This document shows, piece by piece, positions 18,783 through 27,882 of a stretch of 64,000 nucleotides of DNA. Within the stretch, counting starts at the first letter, position 1, and each line of letters starts with the position of its first letter. This stretch comes from a virus: IMG/VR virus record IMGVR_UViG_3300045988_170943, positions 160,001 to 224,000 of that record; one strand, given 5' to 3'. Below the pieces are notes generated by a model. The model saw only the letters and a list, made by a program, of their open reading frames with translations, searched no databases and was not told where the DNA came from. A program made the position numbers and the translations under genes.

Positions 18783-19667
18783 ATGACCCGTATGAGACGT
18801 AAACGAGTACCAAGCAAGCGGAGAGTTAAGGATGTGACCCTCCGGGAGGCCCTGGAGGGTAGGGATCCCGTGGCGTTTCTGTCACGCCAAGTAGAGAGAC
18901 GCACCATCCACCGTGTCAGCCCGCACCTGGCTGACCTCAGGATGCACGACACACAGGGGATGCACAAGGACGTGCTCAACCATTCCATCAAGGTACTCGC
19001 TAACGCTATCCGCATGGAGAACCATGGAATGGATGTTGTTCTACGTGCTGCCGCCCTGCTGCACGACATTGGCAAGCCCGCCACCCGACTCATCACCCCT
19101 GACGGGAACGTGTCGTTCACTCATCATGAGTTTGTGGGTGCACGCATGATCCCCAAGGTGCTTGCAGGGCAGGGGTTTAGTACCCGTGAGGTTAGGCAGG
19201 TGAAAGAACTGGTGCGCCTGCATATGCGGTCTCACGGATTCCGAGAATCCGGTCGAGGGGCGTGGTCTGACTCTGCTGTGCGCCGGTTCATGCGTGACCT
19301 GCCAGAGGATGAGGATCAGGTGCGTCGCCTGTTTATCCTGTACCGCAGTGACGTCACCTCCAAGAATCCGAAGCGTCGAGCCAAGATACGTCGCACGATT
19401 GACAGACTGGAGGCCGCCATGGCCCGAGTGAAGGTTGCTGATGAGCGTCAGGCGGCTAGGCCAGCACTGGATGGCCACGACGTGATGCGATTGTTCGACC
19501 TAACCCCTGGGCGTCGTCTGGGTGAGGTAATGCGGTTCCTGAAAAGTGATGAGGGGATCAGGCTGGGTCGGGCTGAGGCTGTTGAAGCCATCAGATCCAG
19601 GTTCCCGAACCTCGAACCAGGATACAGCAGTAGCACAGGAAGCACGAACGGGAGTGGTGTATGGTGA
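18783..19667 (+). CDS. stand-alone HD-domain protein matching the C-terminal HD region of class II CCA-adding enzymes/PcnA, without the NTase head
   Basis: MHKDVLNHSIKVL...AALLHDIGKPATR...SFTHHEFVGARM...LVRLHMRSHGF aligns with the HD region of bacterial CCA tRNA nucleotidyltransferases. No pol-beta NTase motif lies upstream. Confidence 0.55.
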   Translation: MTRMRRKRVPSKRRVKDVTLREALEGRDPVAFLSRQVERRTIHRVSPHLADLRMHDTQGMHKDVLNHSIKVLANAIRMENHGMDVVLRAAALLHDIGKPATRLITPDGNVSFTHHEFVGARMIPKVLAGQGFSTREVRQVKELVRLHMRSHGFRESGRGAWSDSAVRRFMRDLPEDEDQVRRLFILYRSDVTSKNPKRRAKIRRTIDRLEAAMARVKVADERQAARPALDGHDVMRLFDLTPGRRLGEVMRFLKSDEGIRLGRAEAVEAIRSRFPNLEPGYSSSTGSTNGSGVW

Positions 19668-21016
19668 CTCATCGTTTCGGCAAGTACCCGATTGTGCGTA
19701 TTGATCGTGACGGGTCTACGAATATGGGCCTGTATGACCTGACTGGTGATGAGGCAGCCCTGTTGGAGGGTCTTGGCCCTGGTGTTTACGTGCTGTCTCC
19801 TGAGTTGTCTGACTATGCTGGCGTATTCTCGCATCGTGGCGGCAATTGGGTAGACGCTGCTGGCATGCGCATGGTGCCTGGCCCGATCCCTGGCGTGGAT
19901 CTGAGGATGGTGGAGAAGTCTTTCAAGGAGTACTACAGCCTGTGGATGGGTGATGTCGCCTGGGAGTACGCCCTGATCCGCGCATATGGGCGTGGTGATA
20001 GCCGTCATTTGGGGAATCTTGTCGCCCATACGCTCAGATCTGCCACCACAACCAGCAGAGCGTACTGGTATGGTGAGGTGTTTCTGATGCTGGTCGCCTA
20101 CAGCAGGTTCCTGATCGGCTACTACGTGGACGACCGAAAACAGACTTTCGGACGATTCGTCCCTAAGAATCGTGACAGCATACTGGGGGCACTACGGCGC
20201 CGGTACGTGTCCATCAGCCCCAACACAAACCTGATCGCCCAGTCGATAACCCAGGGCGGCTTGTTCTGGTGGGGGAACATAACCCCTGAGACCCGGAAAA
20301 TGATGTGTGGCATGACACATGGGGAAGTCACGGACCTGTGTCGCACACCCGGCATCATCCCGCACCTGGGGCACGACACGGACCCCATGGTGCGTGAGTC
20401 CAGGATCCGTGAAATGTTGGAGACCCTGAGAGGAGAAAACGTGGACAGCACACATGGCCGCATTATGGCGCTCATCAACAACCCCGACAGGGACGTACCT
20501 AAGGGTGTGTCTCGGGCGGAGGTGGTTCACGACTATCTTGGTTCGGCCCTGTTCATCACCGAGAACACCCCCAAGGGTACGGTTGACAGGCTCCTGACAC
20601 GCATGGAGGAGTTGGAGGGCCTGTCGGCGTTCGAGATCATGTGCCTCATGTACGCGGCCACCCACCCAACCTACCTGGTGCGCACCGGGTCCACTGCTGA
20701 CGTGGTTGAACTGATCACAGAGGCACTGGAGAACAAGGACGAGAACGCTATCGGTTTCGCACTCCTACTCAAGGAGATCATCACCACCTATGATGGCCCA
20801 CTACCAACCCTGAGAGAGTGGCGTCAGGCGGTAGAATACGGCGGCGGTGACTTCCTGTTTATGGAGGGATCGGCTATGGTCATTCAATCAGTGTCACCGA
20901 CAATTCGTCAACGATCCATCAGCCGGGATGTGATCGGTGACCTGGTTGCGTTCCGACACAAGTATGAGGCAGCAAAAAGTGACTATGCGTCCCAGTACCA
21001 GTGGCCCCCACGGTAG
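19661..21016 (+). CDS. hypothetical protein
   Basis: 451-aa ORF, translationally coupled to the HD gene (start overlaps its stop). Confidence 0.5.
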   Translation: MVTHRFGKYPIVRIDRDGSTNMGLYDLTGDEAALLEGLGPGVYVLSPELSDYAGVFSHRGGNWVDAAGMRMVPGPIPGVDLRMVEKSFKEYYSLWMGDVAWEYALIRAYGRGDSRHLGNLVAHTLRSATTTSRAYWYGEVFLMLVAYSRFLIGYYVDDRKQTFGRFVPKNRDSILGALRRRYVSISPNTNLIAQSITQGGLFWWGNITPETRKMMCGMTHGEVTDLCRTPGIIPHLGHDTDPMVRESRIREMLETLRGENVDSTHGRIMALINNPDRDVPKGVSRAEVVHDYLGSALFITENTPKGTVDRLLTRMEELEGLSAFEIMCLMYAATHPTYLVRTGSTADVVELITEALENKDENAIGFALLLKEIITTYDGPLPTLREWRQAVEYGGGDFLFMEGSAMVIQSVSPTIRQRSISRDVIGDLVAFRHKYEAAKSDYASQYQWPPR

Positions 21017-21893
21017 TCCTCCCCCTCAACTGCTGAAGTGGGTTGGGAATAAGCAACGGGTAGCGTCTCAGATTGTGAGATACTTCCCGGATAGGTTCGG
21101 CACCTATTTTGAGCCGTTCCTGGGTTCTGGTGCTGTCCTTGGGGGTGTCGCACCCGATCATGGGGTGGCGTCAGATGTGCTGGAGCCATTGATTGACATC
21201 TGGCAGGCTGTAGTGGACGACCCAGAGGGGCTGGTGGCTGCCTATGACAGGTGGCGCTCTCAAGTCGAGATGGGGCGTGACCCTCGTGAGGTGTACGAGG
21301 AGGCCCGCACCGAGTTCAACCAGCACCGGCGGGGTGGCGACTTCCTGTATTTGAGTTGTGTATGTTATGGTGGGGTGATCCGTTTTAGGAAGAGCGATGG
21401 TCACATGTCTACGCCTGTCGGGTCGCACACGCCGATCTCAACGGAGTCTTTTAGGGGCCGCGTCTACCAGTGGCGTGAGCGCGTCAAGGGTGTGTCTTTT
21501 GTGTGTGCTGGTTATGAGTATGCGTTTGATCGGGCACAGGCCGGGGACCTGATTTACTGTGACCCGCCCTATGTTGATAGTCAGAAGATCCTGTATGGTG
21601 CGCAAGAGTTCAGGTTTGAGGAACTGGTTGACAGGATTCAGGATGCTGCCAGTCGTGGGGTCCGTGTCGCCTTGTCGATTGATGGGTCGAAGAAGAGTGG
21701 TGCGAGACGTATTCCGTTGACGTTTCCAGATGGCTTGTTTGAGGCGGAGGCTGAGGTGGCACTGGGTGGTTCCATGCTCAGGCGTTTTCAACTTCATGGT
21801 CAGGACACGAGCGGAGAGCACGTGCGGGACAGGCTGCTGCTCACGTACCCCCAGATGTTCTCAACACCCAGTCACAGGGCACGCAGAAGGTAG
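20985..21893 (+). CDS. dam: DNA adenine methyltransferase (Dam-like, N6-adenine MTase)
   Basis: LLKWVGNKQRVASQI (compare Dam LKWAGGK). SAM motif FEPFLGSGAV. Catalytic DPPY in LIYCDPPYVD. The start is chosen at the internal Met MRPST. Confidence 0.8.
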   Translation: MRPSTSGPHGSPPPQLLKWVGNKQRVASQIVRYFPDRFGTYFEPFLGSGAVLGGVAPDHGVASDVLEPLIDIWQAVVDDPEGLVAAYDRWRSQVEMGRDPREVYEEARTEFNQHRRGGDFLYLSCVCYGGVIRFRKSDGHMSTPVGSHTPISTESFRGRVYQWRERVKGVSFVCAGYEYAFDRAQAGDLIYCDPPYVDSQKILYGAQEFRFEELVDRIQDAASRGVRVALSIDGSKKSGARRIPLTFPDGLFEAEAEVALGGSMLRRFQLHGQDTSGEHVRDRLLLTYPQMFSTPSHRARRR

Positions 21894-21906
21894 GGTGAGC
21901 GGGGCC

Positions 21907-22422
21907 ATGACTACCAGCAGGTACCAGTATACGAAAGCGGCCTTGACTGGGCACAGGGTTTTCAACTTGAGCGAGACGCAGCGACGAAACATGGATGCTG
22001 GGCTGCCGCTCGTTGTGAGAACGTTGGCCCGCTGGTACGGCACTACTACCCTGATCTCTGGCATGGCACTGGGTGCTGACATGATCTGGGCTCACCTGGC
22101 GGTCTCACACGGCCTGGACCTGCACGCTTATGTGCCATTCACGGGTCAGGAGGCCAAGTGGACGCACACGGATCAGGCAGCCTACCATGAGTTGCTGAGT
22201 CAAGCGGCCATGGTGCGCGTGTTCGGCCAGTCGTACTCGAACCACCTTTACCATGTGCGTAATGAGGCGATGCTGGCGGACTGTGACCTGATGGTGGCAG
22301 CATGGTGCCCGAGCAAGAAGAGGGGTGGTACGGCGTCCACTGTCCGCAAGGCCAGAGAGTCCGGCAAACCTCTGCTGGTCCTGGATCTGGACTCAGGTGA
22401 GGTGAACTGGTTCCAGAAGTGA
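21907..22422 (+). CDS. DprA/Smf-like Rossmann-fold (SLOG superfamily) protein
   Basis: GMALGADMIWAHLAVSHGL and GGTASTVRKARESGKPLLVL resemble the DprA/Smf Rossmann core. 171 aa. Confidence 0.5.
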   Translation: MTTSRYQYTKAALTGHRVFNLSETQRRNMDAGLPLVVRTLARWYGTTTLISGMALGADMIWAHLAVSHGLDLHAYVPFTGQEAKWTHTDQAAYHELLSQAAMVRVFGQSYSNHLYHVRNEAMLADCDLMVAAWCPSKKRGGTASTVRKARESGKPLLVLDLDSGEVNWFQK

Positions 22423-22608
22423 ACTAGAATTCGTTCCAGCAAACACCGGAGAGCCCCTTGCGGTTTCTTACCCGCCCCGCCCGTCCACTGGACACACCGC
22501 CATATATGACGTTTATTGTTCCTTGTTTAGAAAACGTGTGAGAACAGGAGAAAACACCCCATAGCATCATGCCCCACAAGCGTGCGTGGGGCGCGGAGGT
22601 TATTCACG

Positions 22609-24231
22609 ATGGTAGCAGTCAGGTGGCACTTCAACCCGGACACGGGTCAGACCGGCAGGTGCAGGGCGGAGATCAAGTGCGACTTCGGTGAGGGCACCCC
22701 ACACTATGAGACCAAGGAAGCCGCTCAGAGGGGATACGAGGAGTATCAGGCCATCATTGACGGATGGGTGAGCACACTGGGGCGTGAAGCCGTCTATGGA
22801 CCAGAAGACGACGCCACCAAGATCACCCAAGGTGCCGAGCAGGTGCAGGACGACTCAGGTGAGGAGCACGCTAGTGACACTGGGCAAATGGTCGCTAATG
22901 TGGGCGGCGACTCGCAACCCAGTCAGGGTGACCGGAAGGTGCAGGATCCTGGGGATGAGGAGGCCCGGATTGAGGCCCTGGACCAGCAGGCGTTTGAGGA
23001 GCATGACGGTCCAGACACGTTCGCCGTCCCTGCCGGTGCTGTAGAGGATGCCAGGAAACTAATCGACCGGGCCAACAAGCGCCTGGAGCGGGCTGGGATC
23101 AGTGAACGCTTTAAAATCCTGGAGGAGACTCCATTCTCGTACACGACTGTCAACGACCGCGGGTTCAAGGAGCACCGCAACTATGTGGCTCTGCGACTGA
23201 ACCACCCGTCCATATCCTACTCCGGGTACCGGTTCCTCGCAGTTGTTGACAAGGCAGACAGCGGACTGGTAGTGCGCGGAAGTGAGGAACTAGGCGGCTG
23301 GAAGCCAGAGAAGCAAGTCTGCGAGCACTGTGGGAAGAACATGCGACGCTCCAAGACCTACCTTGTGGAGGACAAGGAGGGCAACAGGCTCCAGGTTGGG
23401 TCTACGTGCATGAAAGCATACCTGGGGGTGAAGCCGGAGGGCCTGTGGGCTGTCGGCACGAACCCCCTGAACAAACTGGATCGCAGTAACCGCGGATATG
23501 GGGGCCTTGACATTGATAACAGGAGTGCTATCGCCTATGCGCTCGCCTTGTCTGAGAATGGCCACCACTTCGTGTCCAAGTCCATGTGGGAACGTGACTA
23601 CAGGTACAAGGAAACCACCAAGGATCTTGTGTATCAGGCTATGTATGGGACAGGCAATGACCGCTGGTCCGCTAAGGTCGCACAGAAGGCTGAGGAGTAC
23701 ATTCGGTCTGGCCGGGCGGACGAAGTTCTTGAGCAGGCTCGCAACGTAGAAGGGGATAGCGACTACTGCGAGAACATGCGCACACTGGCTTCAGGTAAGT
23801 ACATCCACAAGAAGCACCTCGGAATGCTGGTGTCCGCTGTCGCTATTGACGCCAAGAACCGGCGAGACGCTGAGAAGAAGAAGCGCAAGGAGGAGGAACT
23901 GAAGTCCTGGACTCCTGGCTATGCTGCTAACGTTGGGGACAACCTGAAGGGAAGGCAGATGAGGGTGGTTCACAACCGCATCGTTGACGGGTACGACTAC
24001 CATGGCAACTCGATCAGGAAGTCCGTCGTCACTCTCCGGGACAAGGAGGGTCACCAGGTCACATGGTTCGCATCCCGCCCCATCAGGATCAAGGAAGGCG
24101 AGGACATCACGCTGGGATCCGCGAAGGTCAAGAAGCATGGCCAGTATGAGGGTGTAGACCAGACTGTGATCTCAAACGTGCGCGTACCAGGCGAGATGAG
24201 CCAGAAGGACTGGAATGACTACTACGGGTGA
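22609..24231 (+). CDS. hypothetical protein with an internal Cys4 zinc ribbon
   Basis: ATG at 22609 after GGAGG. CEHCGKNMRR...VGSTCMKAY. 540 aa. Confidence 0.5.
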   Translation: MVAVRWHFNPDTGQTGRCRAEIKCDFGEGTPHYETKEAAQRGYEEYQAIIDGWVSTLGREAVYGPEDDATKITQGAEQVQDDSGEEHASDTGQMVANVGGDSQPSQGDRKVQDPGDEEARIEALDQQAFEEHDGPDTFAVPAGAVEDARKLIDRANKRLERAGISERFKILEETPFSYTTVNDRGFKEHRNYVALRLNHPSISYSGYRFLAVVDKADSGLVVRGSEELGGWKPEKQVCEHCGKNMRRSKTYLVEDKEGNRLQVGSTCMKAYLGVKPEGLWAVGTNPLNKLDRSNRGYGGLDIDNRSAIAYALALSENGHHFVSKSMWERDYRYKETTKDLVYQAMYGTGNDRWSAKVAQKAEEYIRSGRADEVLEQARNVEGDSDYCENMRTLASGKYIHKKHLGMLVSAVAIDAKNRRDAEKKKRKEEELKSWTPGYAANVGDNLKGRQMRVVHNRIVDGYDYHGNSIRKSVVTLRDKEGHQVTWFASRPIRIKEGEDITLGSAKVKKHGQYEGVDQTVISNVRVPGEMSQKDWNDYYG

Positions 24232-24303
24232 CTTCCCTATCTACCAATGTTCTTATCGGCTGATCTTCACCTGGCCTAATGCTAGTGTGATTAAGCCGCG
24301 GGT

Positions 24304-24684
24304 TTGACATCTAGAGGCAGCAGGACTATGCCCCTGTGGGAAGTGCTGGCGGGTGGAGTGATATTCGCCGCCCACATGAATCAACCATGTATTATTTTAC
24401 GTCCTCTTATTGATGAGGTTGCATCTGTGTCGTATCTGCTATTATTTTCTGCTGTTGCTGGCGTAGCCTGTGTGTCGTATACGGTCTTTGCTGTCATATC
24501 TAGGAGGCGAGCGCGTCAGGATGTGTCGGCCTCTGACGCGGATTGTGACGGCCTTGTCGCTAGGTTGCGGAAGCATCATGAGGTGAACTGCGTGAGTAGT
24601 CTTGAATCTACTGACGGGGACGTCTTGGACGAACATCGCCTGCTGATGAGGTCCAGGAAGCGCAGACGAGTGACCGGCCGGTAA
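24304..24684 (+). CDS. small membrane protein (low-GC segment)
   Basis: 126-aa ORF with one or two predicted TM helices (SYLLLFSAVAGVACVSYTVFAVI). The N-terminal half is noticeably AT-richer than its surroundings. Confidence 0.3.
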   Translation: MTSRGSRTMPLWEVLAGGVIFAAHMNQPCIILRPLIDEVASVSYLLLFSAVAGVACVSYTVFAVISRRRARQDVSASDADCDGLVARLRKHHEVNCVSSLESTDGDVLDEHRLLMRSRKRRRVTGR

Positions 24685-24695
24685 CGCGAAAATGA

Positions 24696-24725
24696 TTGAC
24701 GGGCAGAAGGCGACTGGTGTAGTAT
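24696..24725 (+). promoter_or_regulatory. candidate promoter (-35 TTGACG, 18-bp spacer with TG, -10 TAGTAT)
   Basis: TTGACG at 24696..24701 and TGTAGTAT at 24718..24725. It would give an about 225-nt leader for the secreted-protein gene at 24951. Confidence 0.35.
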
Positions 24726-24950
24726 GGCCCGTATGATTATTTTGAGGATCATCGAGAAAATCCTGACCTACCGCGCCCACCGAGCCGTAAGGGCAGGCAA
24801 TCAGGCATGGTTCACGGAACAGCAAGCCATGTTCCGTGATAGACGAGGATGATCTAAGGCAGGAGAGTCCTCCCGTGCGCCCAGTGTGATGCATATCATC
24901 TGGGTGCTTTTGCTGTCATTGACATATGTCTGCTATCCTGCATCCAGTCA

Positions 24951-25769
24951 TTGATGTCTCAACCAGGAGTGATGATGCTTCCCCTCTCAACCAGGCAGGT
25001 TGCTATGGCTGCCATTTCTGCTGTCAGCGTGTCGGGGTTGTGCTTGTCTGCTGGCGTGGCCGCAGTCAGCATGTACCCGAACAGAGTCAAGAGCGAGGTG
25101 GTCGCTGGCCGCACGATCTTGGAGCCTGACACAAATAGGGCGGGCGGGCATGTGCGTATCACTAAGATCGTGGACTGGGCACCAGCCAAGGAGACAACAC
25201 GTGTTGACGCTATCGCCCCGAGGGAAGATACCAGCGTCAGCAATGATGCAACCAGTTCAGGAAAATCAGACCCCAATGGTATCCAGGAGACCGTGCCACC
25301 TGCACCCTCAAGCGGTGACGCCACAAACTCACCGGGTAGCACACCGGATGCCACCTCCAACGCAAACGCCACAGCACAACAGGACAGTAACACGGCAGAA
25401 AGTATCCAGAGCGACGCGACTCAGCAGCAGGACTCAGGCTACGACTATGCACTAGACGTGCCTGGCTACTGCGGTGGTGGATGGGACTGCGCACAGGCAG
25501 CAGTCAACTCTATGTCACTGTCGTATGTGTACTATGCCCCAAACTTCAGTATCATTGCGGGCCACAACTACGGGCCCGCTGGCGTTATAGCGAACTTCCG
25601 TCCCGGCACTGTCGTCAAGGTGACTGGAAATGGGGCGGGCCTGTATCGGGTGACCCACACGCACTGGATGCAGTACACGACTGACTACCAGCAGGTGCAC
25701 GGTACCTTCGCGTTTCAGACCTGTGTGGGCGACCAGATCCTTCACGCCTATGCGGAGCGGATCGGCTGA
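24951..25769 (+). CDS. secreted protein with an S/T/N/D/Q-rich linker and a C-terminal Cys-containing globular domain
   Basis: N-terminal signal-peptide-like MMSQPGVMMLPLSTRQVAMAAISAVSVSGLCLSAGVAA. Low-complexity linker. C-terminal CGGGWDCAQAAV...AGHNYGPAG... Confidence 0.5.
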   Translation: MMSQPGVMMLPLSTRQVAMAAISAVSVSGLCLSAGVAAVSMYPNRVKSEVVAGRTILEPDTNRAGGHVRITKIVDWAPAKETTRVDAIAPREDTSVSNDATSSGKSDPNGIQETVPPAPSSGDATNSPGSTPDATSNANATAQQDSNTAESIQSDATQQQDSGYDYALDVPGYCGGGWDCAQAAVNSMSLSYVYYAPNFSIIAGHNYGPAGVIANFRPGTVVKVTGNGAGLYRVTHTHWMQYTTDYQQVHGTFAFQTCVGDQILHAYAERIG

Positions 25770-25970
25770 CGTTCCATCCAGTGTTACCTCCTCCTGCACT
25801 GGCCGATTCTCGCGGGGCACCTCTCTGACCCAATGCCGCATCCCGTCGCACAGGTGTACTCATGCTGGACGGAAGCCGGAAAACTTGCCGTCCTGCCGTG
25901 ATATTCCCGCCGCAAGCAAGAGCCAGGTATCTGTTCCACCCTCAAAAACGCAGCAGGAAGACATGGTGAG

Positions 25971-26312
25971 ATGAAGGCCAGCAAGAGCAATGTAGCGTCC
26001 CTAGCAAGTATCGTTCGAGACAAGGTGAATCCTGTGACGGTTAGCGACACCAACCTGATCGCCTACTACCTGGATGACATCACGGTCCTATTTTCCCCGA
26101 AGGGCAACCAGGACGCCTTCTATGGGGTCGTTGTGGACGTGCTTGGGCGCACATTCCACATCGCCGCCAACCTCAAGGTGCTTATTGAGGACGACGCCAC
26201 AACCGGTGATGAGGAGCCCGCAATCTATGAGATCGAGGAGCCCTCACTGATCGAGTTCGTGAACAACTTCCTGTCTCTTCGCGTCCACCTGTTAGAAAAA
26301 CTGGGTGTATAG
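25971..26312 (+). CDS. hypothetical protein
   Basis: 113-aa ORF, acidic. Confidence 0.4.
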   Translation: MKASKSNVASLASIVRDKVNPVTVSDTNLIAYYLDDITVLFSPKGNQDAFYGVVVDVLGRTFHIAANLKVLIEDDATTGDEEPAIYEIEEPSLIEFVNNFLSLRVHLLEKLGV

Positions 26313-26354
26313 CCAGTAAACCACTCACCAGCACCCTGGAGGCGATGACAGAAC

Positions 26355-27656
26355 ATGGCAGGCGCAACGAAATACCACATCGCACCGCAAGGGCCGATGT
26401 TCTGTGAGGCCGAGATCCGGGAGTGCCCATACGCCCAAGCGGGCGGCAAACACTACGGAACCTTCGAGAAGGCCCAGCAGGTGTGGCGTGAGCAGATGGT
26501 AGAGAAGTTCGGGGAACTGGACACCCAAGGAACAAACCCCGAGCAACGCAGAACAGCCGCCGAAGCCATGCTGGACATACTGGAAAGAGACCACGACTTC
26601 CAAAAGAGGATGATCCAGTACAGGAACCGTGAGGCTGTAATCGCGTCCCTGAAGAAGAAGATAGCCGACGGAGGAGATCAGAAAGCCTTACAGCAGATGA
26701 AGGCGATTCACAACATGCCTCCCGTGCCGCCACCCCCCGGCAACCTTGACCTTTCCGTACTGCCCCCTCCGCCTCCGGCACAGCAGGGCAAGTCTCAGGA
26801 CGCAGCAGTAGAACAAGCACCAGGGGTACCGCCTACACACACAGAAGGAGCCCCCTTAGAAACACAGCCTGGGGCACTGCCCTTTCCTGATCATGCGCTC
26901 ACCCTGGACGGCCACCCGCTTCCCCCTCCGCCTCCTGGGAACCAGATGCCGCCACAGCAAGAGCACCTAGCAGAGCAGCCACCGAGAATCCCGGTCATGG
27001 TTGGTGACGGTGCTGGTGTTGGCCGTAAGCCTCCGCTGCGAGAACGTTTCAGAGGCATGTTCAAGGGAATCCGCATAGCAGCCATGGGGCGGGTACGTCG
27101 TCTTGGTAACTCTCAGGGTGACCGTCTTAGCCGCCACCAGGTGTCTACGATGAGTGATACTAGAGCCAGGCGACCACTAACGCCCGCACAGGTACGCAGA
27201 CAGCGACGCATGGATGCTTTCGCGCGCGGTGCAGCCCAGAAGGCAGTCGCGGCAGAAAAGGCCATCAAAGACGCCTACAACACTCCCGGGAAGACAGTCT
27301 ACAAGAGACCTGCCGCCGTGCAGATAGGGGACGTGGACCTCAGGTACGGTAAGGTGGTAGGGGTCATTCAGCAGAGTTTCGGAAACAGGGTTATCCAGTT
27401 CCAGAGGGGTGACAACAGCACCGTTGCGCTTAGACTGAACCACGATCACACGTTACACATTCAGGGTGAGTCCAAGAGGGAAAGAGTGGAACGTAGCCCT
27501 ATCTTCCGTGGCGCGAAGCGGGCCTACAAGGAGGTTCATTGGATTCTGACTGCCCCGCCGCCCCGCTACGACAAGTATGATGAGGCGTGGCGGAACACCT
27601 CATCTTCAAGGGCTCACCAGCAGAACGGGCGTCGATCAGTAGCGCACGAATCCTGA
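26355..27656 (+). CDS. hypothetical protein with a proline-rich central linker
   Basis: 433 aa. N-terminal Cys-containing segment (MFCEAEIRECPY). PPPP-rich middle. Basic C-terminal domain. Confidence 0.5.
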   Translation: MAGATKYHIAPQGPMFCEAEIRECPYAQAGGKHYGTFEKAQQVWREQMVEKFGELDTQGTNPEQRRTAAEAMLDILERDHDFQKRMIQYRNREAVIASLKKKIADGGDQKALQQMKAIHNMPPVPPPPGNLDLSVLPPPPPAQQGKSQDAAVEQAPGVPPTHTEGAPLETQPGALPFPDHALTLDGHPLPPPPPGNQMPPQQEHLAEQPPRIPVMVGDGAGVGRKPPLRERFRGMFKGIRIAAMGRVRRLGNSQGDRLSRHQVSTMSDTRARRPLTPAQVRRQRRMDAFARGAAQKAVAAEKAIKDAYNTPGKTVYKRPAAVQIGDVDLRYGKVVGVIQQSFGNRVIQFQRGDNSTVALRLNHDHTLHIQGESKRERVERSPIFRGAKRAYKEVHWILTAPPPRYDKYDEAWRNTSSSRAHQQNGRRSVAHES

Positions 27657-27882
27657 CCCCGCTACTTCATCACTCTCGCTTCTTCATGCAGGTGGCGATC
27701 CGCCTCACCCGGTCAGGCCCAGCATCAAGACGCGCCTGACCGGGTGAGGTCTCTTGTTAGAATGCCAGGTAGTTGACGCCCCTAGCAGCCCCTTAGCCAA
27801 CCATGTATCACACATCAGCGTAACAGGGGTTTTGCTGGGGTCGTTCTCATGATGTTGCCAGGTTGCTTGATCCTGTTGGAGC

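Noticed and set aside
21730-21906. Upstream extension of the DprA/SLOG-like ORF (listed as 21730..22422)
   Set aside because: The extension overlaps the 3' end of dam in another frame. The first Met with a sensible gap after dam is at 21907.
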